Assembly (NCBI GenBank): GCA_038046805.1
Contig: JBBSVO010000003.1
Coordinates: 51,120-115,119, forward strand
DNA length: 64,000 bases
Reading direction: 5' to 3'
From: Candidatus Micrarchaeota archaeon
GTDB taxonomy: Archaea > Micrarchaeota > Micrarchaeia > Anstonellales > Bilamarchaeaceae
Below, in pieces: positions 9,143 through 17,686 of this stretch. The notes under the pieces were generated by a model, which saw only the letters and a list, made by a program, of their open reading frames with translations, was not told where the DNA came from and searched no databases. Within the stretch, counting starts at the first letter, position 1; every line of letters begins with the position of its first letter. The translations under genes and the position numbers were made by a program.

Positions 9143-11002
9143 TTAGCTCGTATAATAATATTCCCCGTTTTCCTTCTGCTCAGTATCCAATGCCGATGTC
9201 GGCTTGTTGATGCGCGGCCTGTGGCTATCCTTGTCCCTGCGCATTGTTATTCCAACGCCTTTCAGAAACAGATTCATTCCTGCACGCTTGCTCTGCGGTG
9301 CGGATGCGCTTCCTTTTATTGAGCTTTCTCCCGTGAATACCATCAGGCGATTTGCGATTGAATCAATGAAAACAATATCGTGGTCAACGACAAACGCACT
9401 CTTTTCGCTTTCGCTGATTACTTTTCGCAACAACTCAGCAAATGCAAATCTTTGCTCAACATCAAGGAACGCTGATGGCTCGTCGAATAAATAAAGGTCT
9501 GTAACCCGACTTATCGCCAGGGTGAGTGCAACGCGCTGAAGTTCTCCCCCGCTTAATTCGTTGAGTTTCTTTTCTATCAAACCTGTGATTTTAAGTGCGC
9601 GTTTTGCATCCTCAAAAACAGAACCATCAAGCGTCTGGGATTCGAATACCTTGCGAACGATCGTATCATCTGCAGAAATATACTGAGGTTTATATGAAAT
9701 TGACAAACCTTCAAGACCAGTGATGCCGAATCCATCGCCCTCATCCGATTTTTCTATTCCTGCAAGCATTTTAACGAAAAGGGATTTACCAAGGGCATTT
9801 CTCCCAACCAATCCAAGGATTTCGCCCTCGCGGATTTCACCAGGTTCACTGGAAAACGAAAAACCGACTGCGCTCTGCGAACCGCCCTTTGTATCGCGCT
9901 TCACATCGCTTTTTGCTTTTGATGCTCCGGAAAACGTTTTTTGCATTTTTCCATATTTGATTTTCACTGCTGCTTTGATTTCCCCTTCGCTGTGAGATGT
10001 GAACCGCAATTCCCTTTCGCGGAATTTCACGTTTTCATCTTTTAGATATCCGGCAATATATTCGTTCAGTCCGGCACGGACGTTTTTCACTCCGGAAACC
10101 ACACCATAAACATTTTCATCCCCATAGAAAAGATACACGTAGCTGCTTACATAATCCAGAATTGTCATGTCATGTTCAGCAATGACAACCTGTCTGGATT
10201 CCGCAAGATTCTTGAGTAAAATAGCCATACGCAGACGCTCTCCGATGTCCAGATAATTTGTCGGCTCATCAAAATAATAGATGTCTGCATCTTTCAAAAA
10301 CGCGGCTGCGATTGCAACTTTTTGAAGCTCTCCCCCGGATAGTTGAGCCACTTTCCTGTCGAGTATGTTTGTTATTCCGAATTCATCTGCGATTTTTTCA
10401 ACATCAGACTTTCCGTCCTTTGATTTTCCGCCTTTTCCGGCGATATCCGATAGCAACTTTTTTGCAGTTCCTTTGAAAACGTCCCGTATTTTATCAACCT
10501 GCTGCGGCTTAACACTTGCGCGCACCCCGGATTCTGTAGATTGAAAATAGCGCCTGGTTTCAAGGGGAAGCTTTTCAAGAAGTTCTTTTTCCGCAAGCGT
10601 GCGGTCAAAAACAGAAAAATTTGGTGATAATTGGCGCGAGAGTAGCCGGATGGCAGTTGTTTTTCCGATTCCGTTCTTTCCGACAAGCGAAACTGCCCCA
10701 TTCCCCTCTTTTTGAGGAAGCGGCAAACCATAAAGACGAAACGCGTTGATTCCGTATTGGTAGATTGGTTCTCCGGATTCTCTTGCGAGATTTATTATCC
10801 ATATGCAGGACATAGGGCACTTTCTTACGCAGATGCCACAACCGATGCACAGTTGTTCGGAGATTGCCGGAAAAACAGAATCTTTTTCAGTGACTATACA
10901 TTCCTGACCCATTCTATTCACTGGGCATACCTTTTCGCATACGTACCCGCACTTGACATTCGTACACAAGTTACGGTCCAGAACCGCTATTCGCTTGGAC
11001 AT
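9143..11002 (-). CDS. rli: Ribosome recycling ATPase ABCE1/RLI
   Basis: N-terminal 2x[4Fe-4S] Cys motifs, two ABC domains with LSGGELQ. Confidence 0.97.
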   Translation of the reverse strand: MSKRIAVLDRNLCTNVKCGYVCEKVCPVNRMGQECIVTEKDSVFPAISEQLCIGCGICVRKCPMSCIWIINLARESGEPIYQYGINAFRLYGLPLPQKEGNGAVSLVGKNGIGKTTAIRLLSRQLSPNFSVFDRTLAEKELLEKLPLETRRYFQSTESGVRASVKPQQVDKIRDVFKGTAKKLLSDIAGKGGKSKDGKSDVEKIADEFGITNILDRKVAQLSGGELQKVAIAAAFLKDADIYYFDEPTNYLDIGERLRMAILLKNLAESRQVVIAEHDMTILDYVSSYVYLFYGDENVYGVVSGVKNVRAGLNEYIAGYLKDENVKFRERELRFTSHSEGEIKAAVKIKYGKMQKTFSGASKAKSDVKRDTKGGSQSAVGFSFSSEPGEIREGEILGLVGRNALGKSLFVKMLAGIEKSDEGDGFGITGLEGLSISYKPQYISADDTIVRKVFESQTLDGSVFEDAKRALKITGLIEKKLNELSGGELQRVALTLAISRVTDLYLFDEPSAFLDVEQRFAFAELLRKVISESEKSAFVVDHDIVFIDSIANRLMVFTGESSIKGSASAPQSKRAGMNLFLKGVGITMRRDKDSHRPRINKPTSALDTEQKENGEYYYTS

Positions 11003-11192
11003 ATACACAACCCACTATGTTTTTCCTAATGCAACCACCCATATACGAAGAGTGGTTGTGTATAGATTGAGCCAACTTTCTTAGTTGGCTCAGTATATTG
11101 ATATGTTTTTAAATCGCAACTTTTTATAATAGAGAATATGCGCCCGCAGAAGGGACTATGACAACATTGAAAGCAGATAAAAGGGTGAACAC

Positions 11193-11534
11193 ATGGAAGA
11201 TGAAACAAAAGCGCACATAGAAGAACCAAAGATGCAAGGTGAAGAAGCAGTTGTGAAAGAAAGAAGAAACGACGGCATAATATACGTGGGGAAAAAACCG
11301 ACTATGGGCTATGTCCTGGCAGTAATAACCCAGTTCAATAATGGAGCTCCGGAAGTGACAATAAAGGCACGCGGAAACCTAATTTCAAAATCGGTAGATG
11401 TCGCCGAGATAGTCAGGCACAGGTTTATGCCAAGCTGCCAAGTAAAAAATATTTCCATAAAAACTGAAGAACTCGCTTCAGAAGACGGCTCGATGAGCAA
11501 GGTCTCTGCAATGGAAATAATTCTGAAAAAGTGA
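11193..11534 (+). CDS. albA: DNA/RNA-binding protein Alba
   Basis: IYVGKKP.M.YVLAV, KARG..ISK.VDVAE. Confidence 0.95.
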   Translation: MEDETKAHIEEPKMQGEEAVVKERRNDGIIYVGKKPTMGYVLAVITQFNNGAPEVTIKARGNLISKSVDVAEIVRHRFMPSCQVKNISIKTEELASEDGSMSKVSAMEIILKK

Positions 11535-11540
11535 TTTTGA

Positions 11541-12158
11541 GTGGCTCTGCTACTAGATAAGAACGGGATTGCACTTGCAGTTACGTTCGGAGTATTAATA
11601 TATTTCTTTGGAGGGCTTCAGTATCTCGCCCTCATGCTCTTTTTTTTCGCGATGGCGGTCATTGCTACAAAATATCAGCATTATGAAAAAAGAGATATGG
11701 GAATATATGAACATGAAAGAAGTTGGGAAAATGTTTTATCCAATGGATTGGTTCCGGCAATTCTTGCAGTTGCAAGCCCGGTTATTGGACCAATGCCATA
11801 TATTTCATCGGTTGCGGCAGTGATGGCGGATAAGTTTGCCTCGGAACTTGGTGTTCTCAGCAAAAATCCAATTTCCCTTGAGAATTTCAAACAAGTAAAA
11901 CCAGGAAAAAGCGGCGCAGTTAGCATGCTTGGTTTTTTAATGTCTTTGGCAGGTGGAACACTCATTGGTGCTGTTTCGATATGGTTATTTGGAATCAATC
12001 CAAATGCTGCCCTGTATGTAGGACTGATTGGACTTGTAGGAAGCATTGTTGATAGCATTATAGGGGTATTTGAAGAAAGAGGTATAGGAAATAAAGGAAT
12101 TACAAACATAATCTGCTCGATAGTTGGCGGATTACTTGGATATTTATATTTGAGATGA
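11541..12158 (+). CDS. DUF92/TMEM19 membrane protein
   Basis: R.WENVLSNG, ADKFASELG, PG.SGAVS..G. Confidence 0.9.
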   Translation: MALLLDKNGIALAVTFGVLIYFFGGLQYLALMLFFFAMAVIATKYQHYEKRDMGIYEHERSWENVLSNGLVPAILAVASPVIGPMPYISSVAAVMADKFASELGVLSKNPISLENFKQVKPGKSGAVSMLGFLMSLAGGTLIGAVSIWLFGINPNAALYVGLIGLVGSIVDSIIGVFEERGIGNKGITNIICSIVGGLLGYLYLR

Positions 12159-12175
12159 GCTATTTTGGTGATTAA

Positions 12176-12871
12176 ATGAAAGCATTTATCTTGTGCGGCG
12201 GGGAAGGGACTCGGTTAAGGCCATATACCTATACTACTCCAAAACCCTTGTTGCCGGTTGGAGGAAAGCCAATACTGCAACATCTTGTTGAGCATTTGAA
12301 GAAATATGAGATAAAGGAATTTGTATTAACTGTTGGATATCTAAAGGAAAAAATAATGGAATATTTCGGGGATGGAAAAAAATTCAGTCTTAAAATAGAA
12401 TATGCTACCGAAGATACACCGAAAAATACTGCTGGATCGATTCGTGATTATCACGGAAAGGTAAAGGAAACGTTCGCGGTTTTGATGGGGGACCATATAA
12501 CAGATATAAACATGGCAGATATGCTAAAATCCCATAAGAAAAGCAAGGCTATCGCAACTGTCGCACTTTTGAAAAAGGAAACAAAAATTGAATACGGAGT
12601 TGCAGAAATTGACAAAAAAACCGGAAGAATAACTGGATTTTCTGAGAAACCTGTTATAGAGCACGATATCAATACCGGAATATATCTTTTTGAGCCAGAA
12701 ATTTTTGATTTTATCGAGGACAAGGACGATTTTGCGAAACAGGTTTTTCCAAGGCTTCTGAAAGCAGGAAAGCCGATAAATGCTTATGTGGCTGAATTTG
12801 AATGGCTGGATATTGGAAGGGTAGCTGATTATGAGAGAGTAAAACAAGAATGGAAGATAGGGGACGATTAG
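12176..12871 (+). CDS. Sugar-phosphate nucleotidyltransferase
   Basis: GGEGTRLRPYT...PKPLLPV, EKP, WLDIG. Confidence 0.92.
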   Translation: MKAFILCGGEGTRLRPYTYTTPKPLLPVGGKPILQHLVEHLKKYEIKEFVLTVGYLKEKIMEYFGDGKKFSLKIEYATEDTPKNTAGSIRDYHGKVKETFAVLMGDHITDINMADMLKSHKKSKAIATVALLKKETKIEYGVAEIDKKTGRITGFSEKPVIEHDINTGIYLFEPEIFDFIEDKDDFAKQVFPRLLKAGKPINAYVAEFEWLDIGRVADYERVKQEWKIGDD

Positions 12872-12949
12872 CTTCTGGGTACTGGCTCCTAGCTAGCTTC
12901 TGACTGGTAGCTCTCCAGATTATAAAATATTCCCAACAATCATTTAATC

Positions 12950-13037
12950 CTACGATGATGACATAGGTGATCACCGAGCCTATCCCTAAGCTTCGGCCAC
13001 GGAGAACGCGATGAGGATTGACGTGCGGTCTGAGTAG
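12950..13037 (+). ncRNA. Box C/D sRNA, D guide matches 16S rRNA around C1402
   Basis: Terminal stem CTAC/GTAG, C ATGATGA 12955, D' CCGA 12974, C' ATGAGGA 13011, D CTGA 13030, TATA about 12920. Confidence 0.85.
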
Positions 13038-13050
13038 TTCTATTGTCTTA

Positions 13051-13178
13051 GGTCTAGAGTCCGATAAAAATGTCAAACATTTTTATGGACCACACAATTG
13101 TTGCTCAGAGCAACAATGTGCACATTGTCCTGCTGGACAATTGTGTTGAACGATGCGTCGTTCAATCGGTCTAGTGTC
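13051..13178. repeat. Stacked-palindrome element
   Basis: Hairpins ATAAAAATGT/ACATTTTTAT, ATTGTTGCT/AGCAACAAT, ATTGTCC/GGACAAT, TTGAACGA/TCGTTCAA, flanked by GGTCTAGWGTC direct repeats. Confidence 0.7.
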
Positions 13179-13224
13179 TCGCCTGAAAGGATATCCTCAA
13201 AAGGTTTTTCATAGAAAGATTAGT

Positions 13225-14850
13225 ATGGGCAAAACAAACCTATTTTTCGCTATTTTGATTGGAATGATATTTCTCATGAGCGGCTGTATCGGCCCTAGTG
13301 AAAACCCATTCGCGATGGAGACTGCTTTTACTAATAACGGCAGCGACAAGGATATTATACCGCTGGTTTCGTCTCCAAATGTAACGACTGTGCCGAACGC
13401 AACGGAAGTTGCCCAGTCAAACGAAATACCTGCCTTGGAGAAGGCCAGCCAGTTTGGTACCATGCTAGCATACAATATCAACGACGCTGCAATGCAAGCA
13501 AAGACAGTTAAAAATATTCAGAATGGGTGGTCAGGATTCAGAAAAGACAAGACCTCCTACCAGGCATTAAAAAACTCACTGGCAGTGGTTTCAAAGGAGC
13601 GCACAGCCATAATTAAAAAAGCGGATTTCTCTGTGAACCGGGAAGTCGCAGCTTATTTTACCTGGAACGTCATCGAACCAGAGAAAGGACAATACGACTG
13701 GGAATTAACAGATGCGATTGTCCAGGCGGCTAAAGAATCCGGGATCAAACTCACGGCAGTGGTGCAGCCGTTCGCGACTTGGGACCAAAAAAACACCTAT
13801 GCACCTCCGGAATGTAAGGCATTGGACTTTGCTTATTATGATTACAAGGCAGGTGCGCCGAACGACTGGAACGCATACGAAAACTTTTTGACCAAGCTGG
13901 CAGAGCGCTATAAGGGAACGGTAGCTTATTGGGAAATCGGAAACGAGGTAGAGGGCGGATGCGGGGGGTTCATGGATAATGCCGAAAACTACGTGAAATT
14001 ATTGAGCATTTCTTACAAGACAATCAAAAAGGCAGATCCGCAGGCAAGGGTGTTGAACGGCGGTGCGCTGGATGTCACTGGCATAAAAGAAGCAGAGAGC
14101 GTGAAAGACTTTTGGAAGGAATTCTTTGAATTAGGCGGAGGGCAATACATTGATTATTTCAATCTCCATTACAATATAGAACGGAGCGGAGCAGGTGGTG
14201 CAAATCCTGATTCAGCATCGTTTCTGGATACCCTGAATTTCTTCAATAGCCTGATGGAGAAAAACAACGGCAGAAAACCGCTTTGGATTACAGAATTTGG
14301 CACCTATTCTGGAACCCCATCCTCGCAATTCTCGTTTCAGGCTGGAGCAGGGTCGCAGCCATCCACGCAGCAACAGCCCAAACCTGACTCGCAGGGCGGA
14401 ACAACGCCCAAAAAACAAATGAGTTTCCCTACACAAAGCCAGGAATTTCAGGCCGCGTGGTATTTCAGGAACTCGATTATAGGTTTTGCAAATGGAGCAA
14501 ACCGCATCTTCATTGACCTGATTGGCAGAGACAATGATGTAATCGGCGGTTCTGCAGTATTCAATCTCGAGGGGGAGCCGCGTCTGTTCGCCACCACATT
14601 GAAAACCATCGCGATTAAAATCAGTGGTTTCTCCAAAGCAGAGAAAATCTCCGAAGGGCAATATAGATTCATGGTAAACGGCAAACTGGTCTATGTATTA
14701 TGGTCAGGAGCGCTGCCGAAAGAAATCCAGGGGAAGGCAATAGAGACCGATATGCTTGGAACTGAAGATATTGTTGAAGCCAGCGATATTAGCTTGAGGT
14801 CAGATAACCCTGTTTTTGTCGAGCTAGTTCCTGCTTCTATCCCAGGTTAG
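13225..14850 (+). CDS. Lipoprotein glycoside hydrolase (clan GH-A TIM barrel, GH5/GH39-like)
   Basis: Lipobox MSGC, W..IEPEKGQYDW, WEIGNE acid/base, LWITEFG nucleophile. Confidence 0.85.
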   Translation: MGKTNLFFAILIGMIFLMSGCIGPSENPFAMETAFTNNGSDKDIIPLVSSPNVTTVPNATEVAQSNEIPALEKASQFGTMLAYNINDAAMQAKTVKNIQNGWSGFRKDKTSYQALKNSLAVVSKERTAIIKKADFSVNREVAAYFTWNVIEPEKGQYDWELTDAIVQAAKESGIKLTAVVQPFATWDQKNTYAPPECKALDFAYYDYKAGAPNDWNAYENFLTKLAERYKGTVAYWEIGNEVEGGCGGFMDNAENYVKLLSISYKTIKKADPQARVLNGGALDVTGIKEAESVKDFWKEFFELGGGQYIDYFNLHYNIERSGAGGANPDSASFLDTLNFFNSLMEKNNGRKPLWITEFGTYSGTPSSQFSFQAGAGSQPSTQQQPKPDSQGGTTPKKQMSFPTQSQEFQAAWYFRNSIIGFANGANRIFIDLIGRDNDVIGGSAVFNLEGEPRLFATTLKTIAIKISGFSKAEKISEGQYRFMVNGKLVYVLWSGALPKEIQGKAIETDMLGTEDIVEASDISLRSDNPVFVELVPASIPG

Positions 14851-14950
14851 TTGTACGGTTTATCAACCGTATTTACTTTTTTAATTTTGGAAACCCGCAT
14901 TAATTTATATTTTCAATAACATTAAAAGAACTTCGAACACTTGCTTATTT

Positions 14951-15508
14951 ATGGAACAGGTAATCCGAAGCGCGCTCGGAAGATTTGCAAAACCCGCAGC
15001 ACCATCAAAATCAGCATTAGTTATTGTGGACATGAATAACGATCGAAAAGGCATTTTGCCAAATCGCGGTTGCCTGGAAACCGGGATCCATAGAGTGGTG
15101 GAGGTAATAAGCGCTGCAAGAAGAATGTGCATTCCTGTTTTACTCGTAACTTTGCCAGAGTATCCGTACATAATGCAGGAACTGTTGGAAGCCGCGGGCC
15201 CTAGTCCTAGAACAATGGTGAAAATCTATAGGAGCTGTTTTCTGGATCCGGAATTTGCAGAAATTATCAATCAATTTGCAATTGGCACCCTGATATTGGG
15301 GGGAACGAAGCGAAACAAATGTGTCCTGGCAACTGCAGAGCATGCGTTGCAATGCGGGTTTAAGATCATGACCTCGGATGAAATTCTTTTTCATGGCTTG
15401 GAAGATGACAGCCATACGATTGCACATGATGAACAAGGTTTTTATCAGAAAAGAACCGAATTTTATGAAACATCCAGAGAACTAATTTCAGCAATGGGAA
15501 GATTGTAA
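14951..15508 (+). CDS. Isochorismatase/cysteine hydrolase family
   Basis: ALVIVDM, K...SCF, LILGG....CV.ATA..A. Confidence 0.85.
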   Translation: MEQVIRSALGRFAKPAAPSKSALVIVDMNNDRKGILPNRGCLETGIHRVVEVISAARRMCIPVLLVTLPEYPYIMQELLEAAGPSPRTMVKIYRSCFLDPEFAEIINQFAIGTLILGGTKRNKCVLATAEHALQCGFKIMTSDEILFHGLEDDSHTIAHDEQGFYQKRTEFYETSRELISAMGRL

Positions 15509-15618
15509 TTCATCCTTCGAATTGAAGACGTCTGGTGAAAACAAAAGTTTATCTCGGAAAATAAGTTTGGAAATAAAAAACGTGCTACAAAAAAGATTGC
15601 AGCACGCAAAATATATTA

Positions 15619-15660
15619 TTATTTCTTCTTGCCTTTCTTTTTTGCTTTCTTTTTTACCAT
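15619..15660 (-). CDS. 13-aa Lys-rich micropeptide MVKKKAKKKGKKK
   Basis: GGTGA SD just before ATG, TATAAATA at about 15692-15699. Confidence 0.55.
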   Translation of the reverse strand: MVKKKAKKKGKKK

Positions 15661-15736
15661 TTTTTCACCGAATAAAAGCACACACGGAAAGTATTTATAT
15701 GCGGCAGTAAAAAAAAATAAAAAAATATTTTCAGAA

Positions 15737-16894
15737 TCAGCGTCTTCCGCCAAATCGTCCCTGCCTTTGCCTGCCACCAAACCCATGACTTACAGGTCTC
15801 GGGCCCCTTGAACCTCTTGACCCAGGATGTTGGCCCATTCTTCGGGTTCTCTGAAATGCGTCAGTTTCAATAAAAGTAGTCGCCTTTCCTTTCTTCCCCA
15901 TTCTTCCGGTTCTTCCTATTCTGTGCAAATGAGTATCGCTATCTCTGGCTTCATCATAGTTTATTACATGCGCAATATCATCCACGTGCAGTCCTCTTGA
16001 AGCCACATCAGTAGCTACGAGAACCCGGAATCTGCCTTCATGAAAATCTCTCATGAGTCTTTCTCTTTTTTGCTGACGCATTCCGCCATGGAGAAAATCT
16101 GAACTTATATTCTGATCGCGAAGCTTTCTTCCGACGTATTCTGTTGCTCCCTGAGTTGCAACAAATATAAGCACTCGGGAACTAGGCTCCTGATGAAGGA
16201 TTTCAGTTAGCTTGAAGAATTTTTCACTTCTTGGTAATTTTATCACGTCCTCAGATATATCCTCCTTTTTTCCAACTTCGCCGAGCTCTATCAAAAGCGG
16301 GGACTGAAGATATCTACGGGAAATGTCCAGTACGTTTTTATCAAGAGTTGCCGAAAAAAGCATTGTCTGCCTGGTTTCGCTCACCGCAGAAAGTATTTTG
16401 GAGATGTCTTCCCTAAATCCCATGTCCAGCATTCTGTCTGCTTCGTCAAGAACAACTATATTGAAAACAGACAAGTCCAGGGTTTTCCTTTTATAGTGAT
16501 CAATCAGTCTTCCCGGAGTTGCAACTATGATTTCAAAACCTCGCGCAATCAATGCGAGTTGACGACCGATTTCTTCTCCACCATATACTGCATATACCCT
16601 GAACTTGTGGCCTGCAGCTATGGAGCGTAATTCCTTTGTTATCTGCAATGCAAGCTCTCGGGTTGGCGCTAGCACAAGCCCTTTTTTGGCATGTTTTGAA
16701 GCCGCAATTTGCTCTACCAGCCCTATTCCAAATGCTGCGGTTTTTCCGGTTCCTGTCTGGCTTCTTACCATGACATCTTCTCCGGCCAAAATCGGGGCAA
16801 GAGATTTTTCCTGTACTTCTGTTGGTTGGACGAAATTCATTGAATCCAACGCAGAGATTGTCCTACTGTCCAAACGCATATCACTAAATTTCAT
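15737..16894 (-). CDS. DEAD-box RNA helicase
   Basis: TGTGKT, PTRELA, DEAD, SAT, HRIGRTGR, RG-rich tail. Confidence 0.97.
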   Translation of the reverse strand: MKFSDMRLDSRTISALDSMNFVQPTEVQEKSLAPILAGEDVMVRSQTGTGKTAAFGIGLVEQIAASKHAKKGLVLAPTRELALQITKELRSIAAGHKFRVYAVYGGEEIGRQLALIARGFEIIVATPGRLIDHYKRKTLDLSVFNIVVLDEADRMLDMGFREDISKILSAVSETRQTMLFSATLDKNVLDISRRYLQSPLLIELGEVGKKEDISEDVIKLPRSEKFFKLTEILHQEPSSRVLIFVATQGATEYVGRKLRDQNISSDFLHGGMRQQKRERLMRDFHEGRFRVLVATDVASRGLHVDDIAHVINYDEARDSDTHLHRIGRTGRMGKKGKATTFIETDAFQRTRRMGQHPGSRGSRGPRPVSHGFGGRQRQGRFGGRR

Positions 16895-16901
16895 ATATTT
16901 T

Positions 16902-16945
16902 CACCTTAGTTTAGATCTCAATTTCATCTATTCTAAACGAAGGTG
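16902..16945 (-). promoter_or_regulatory. 5'-UTR hairpin sequestering the helicase SD
   Basis: CACCTT-C-GTTTAGA...TCTAAAC-T-AAGGTG, 3' arm is the AAGGTGA SD. Confidence 0.55.
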
Positions 16946-17071
16946 TTCTTGGGAGGCACACTTCTAAATGAACAGAAAAAATAAGAGATTCTTATATTTT
17001 ATAAGTATATATACGTCAGATCCTGAATTTAAAGGTTCGTATTTCGCTTCGACCACACACGTGCAGCTAAA

Positions 17072-17230
17072 TTAGCCTTCTTCCTGCAGTTTCTTCTTTA
17101 ATTTGTCGAGTTCTTCGTGTAAGGCGCGATTCTTTTTTAGAGGGTCATCTCTCGCCTTTGGTTCCAGCTCTTCGATCCTTCTCTTTATGTTTTGCAATTG
17201 CCTTCCCAGGTCTTTTTTGCTCTTACCCAT
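17072..17230 (-). CDS. 52-aa basic coiled-coil protein, not in ORF track
   Basis: MGKSKKDLGRQLQNIKRRIEELEPKARDDPLKKNRALHEELDKLKKKLQEEG, TTTAAA about 25 nt upstream. Confidence 0.7.
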   Translation of the reverse strand: MGKSKKDLGRQLQNIKRRIEELEPKARDDPLKKNRALHEELDKLKKKLQEEG

Positions 17231-17255
17231 AGGTATTATTGGAACAGAAAGGCGT

Positions 17256-17654
17256 TTAAATCATAAGGGCTTGCATCGCCTTAACCGCCATAGCGTGCGG
17301 AACAAATAAATGATCGTGATAATACGCGGAGACAGCATTAACCGGAATTCCGCTTTTTGCAAGTTTGGTTGTTATTGCTGCGATGAAACCTACAGCGGAA
17401 AGATCAGAATGGACCGTGAGCGTAATCAATGCCCAGGTCTCGGAATCGGAATATTTCAAATTGTTTTTGTCCGCAATTTTCTTTTCGATGATGAGGGTAA
17501 TGCCTTCGTCTTCGCGAAAAACTAATAATGGATTTAATTCCTCGCTGTGGGCTGCGAATTGATTTGGCTGAATCGAACAGAATACAAACTCACCATTCGC
17601 TAGCTTCGGGCGCATTGATTTGAGAAGAGTAGGCACGTCTGAAATTCCAGACAT
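17256..17654 (-). CDS. ACT-domain protein (DUF2241)
   Basis: MSG..D...LL.SM.P.L, FREDEGITLI, VHSDL.AVG, SAYYHDHLFV. Confidence 0.92.
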   Translation of the reverse strand: MSGISDVPTLLKSMRPKLANGEFVFCSIQPNQFAAHSEELNPLLVFREDEGITLIIEKKIADKNNLKYSDSETWALITLTVHSDLSAVGFIAAITTKLAKSGIPVNAVSAYYHDHLFVPHAMAVKAMQALMI

Positions 17655-17686
17655 AGAATCAACCGTGAAACATTCAACTGTGGATA

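Noticed and set aside
11030..11095. Two hairpins between rli and albA as an ncRNA
   Set aside because: No C/D, H/ACA or tRNA hallmarks. May be a leader or minor repeat.
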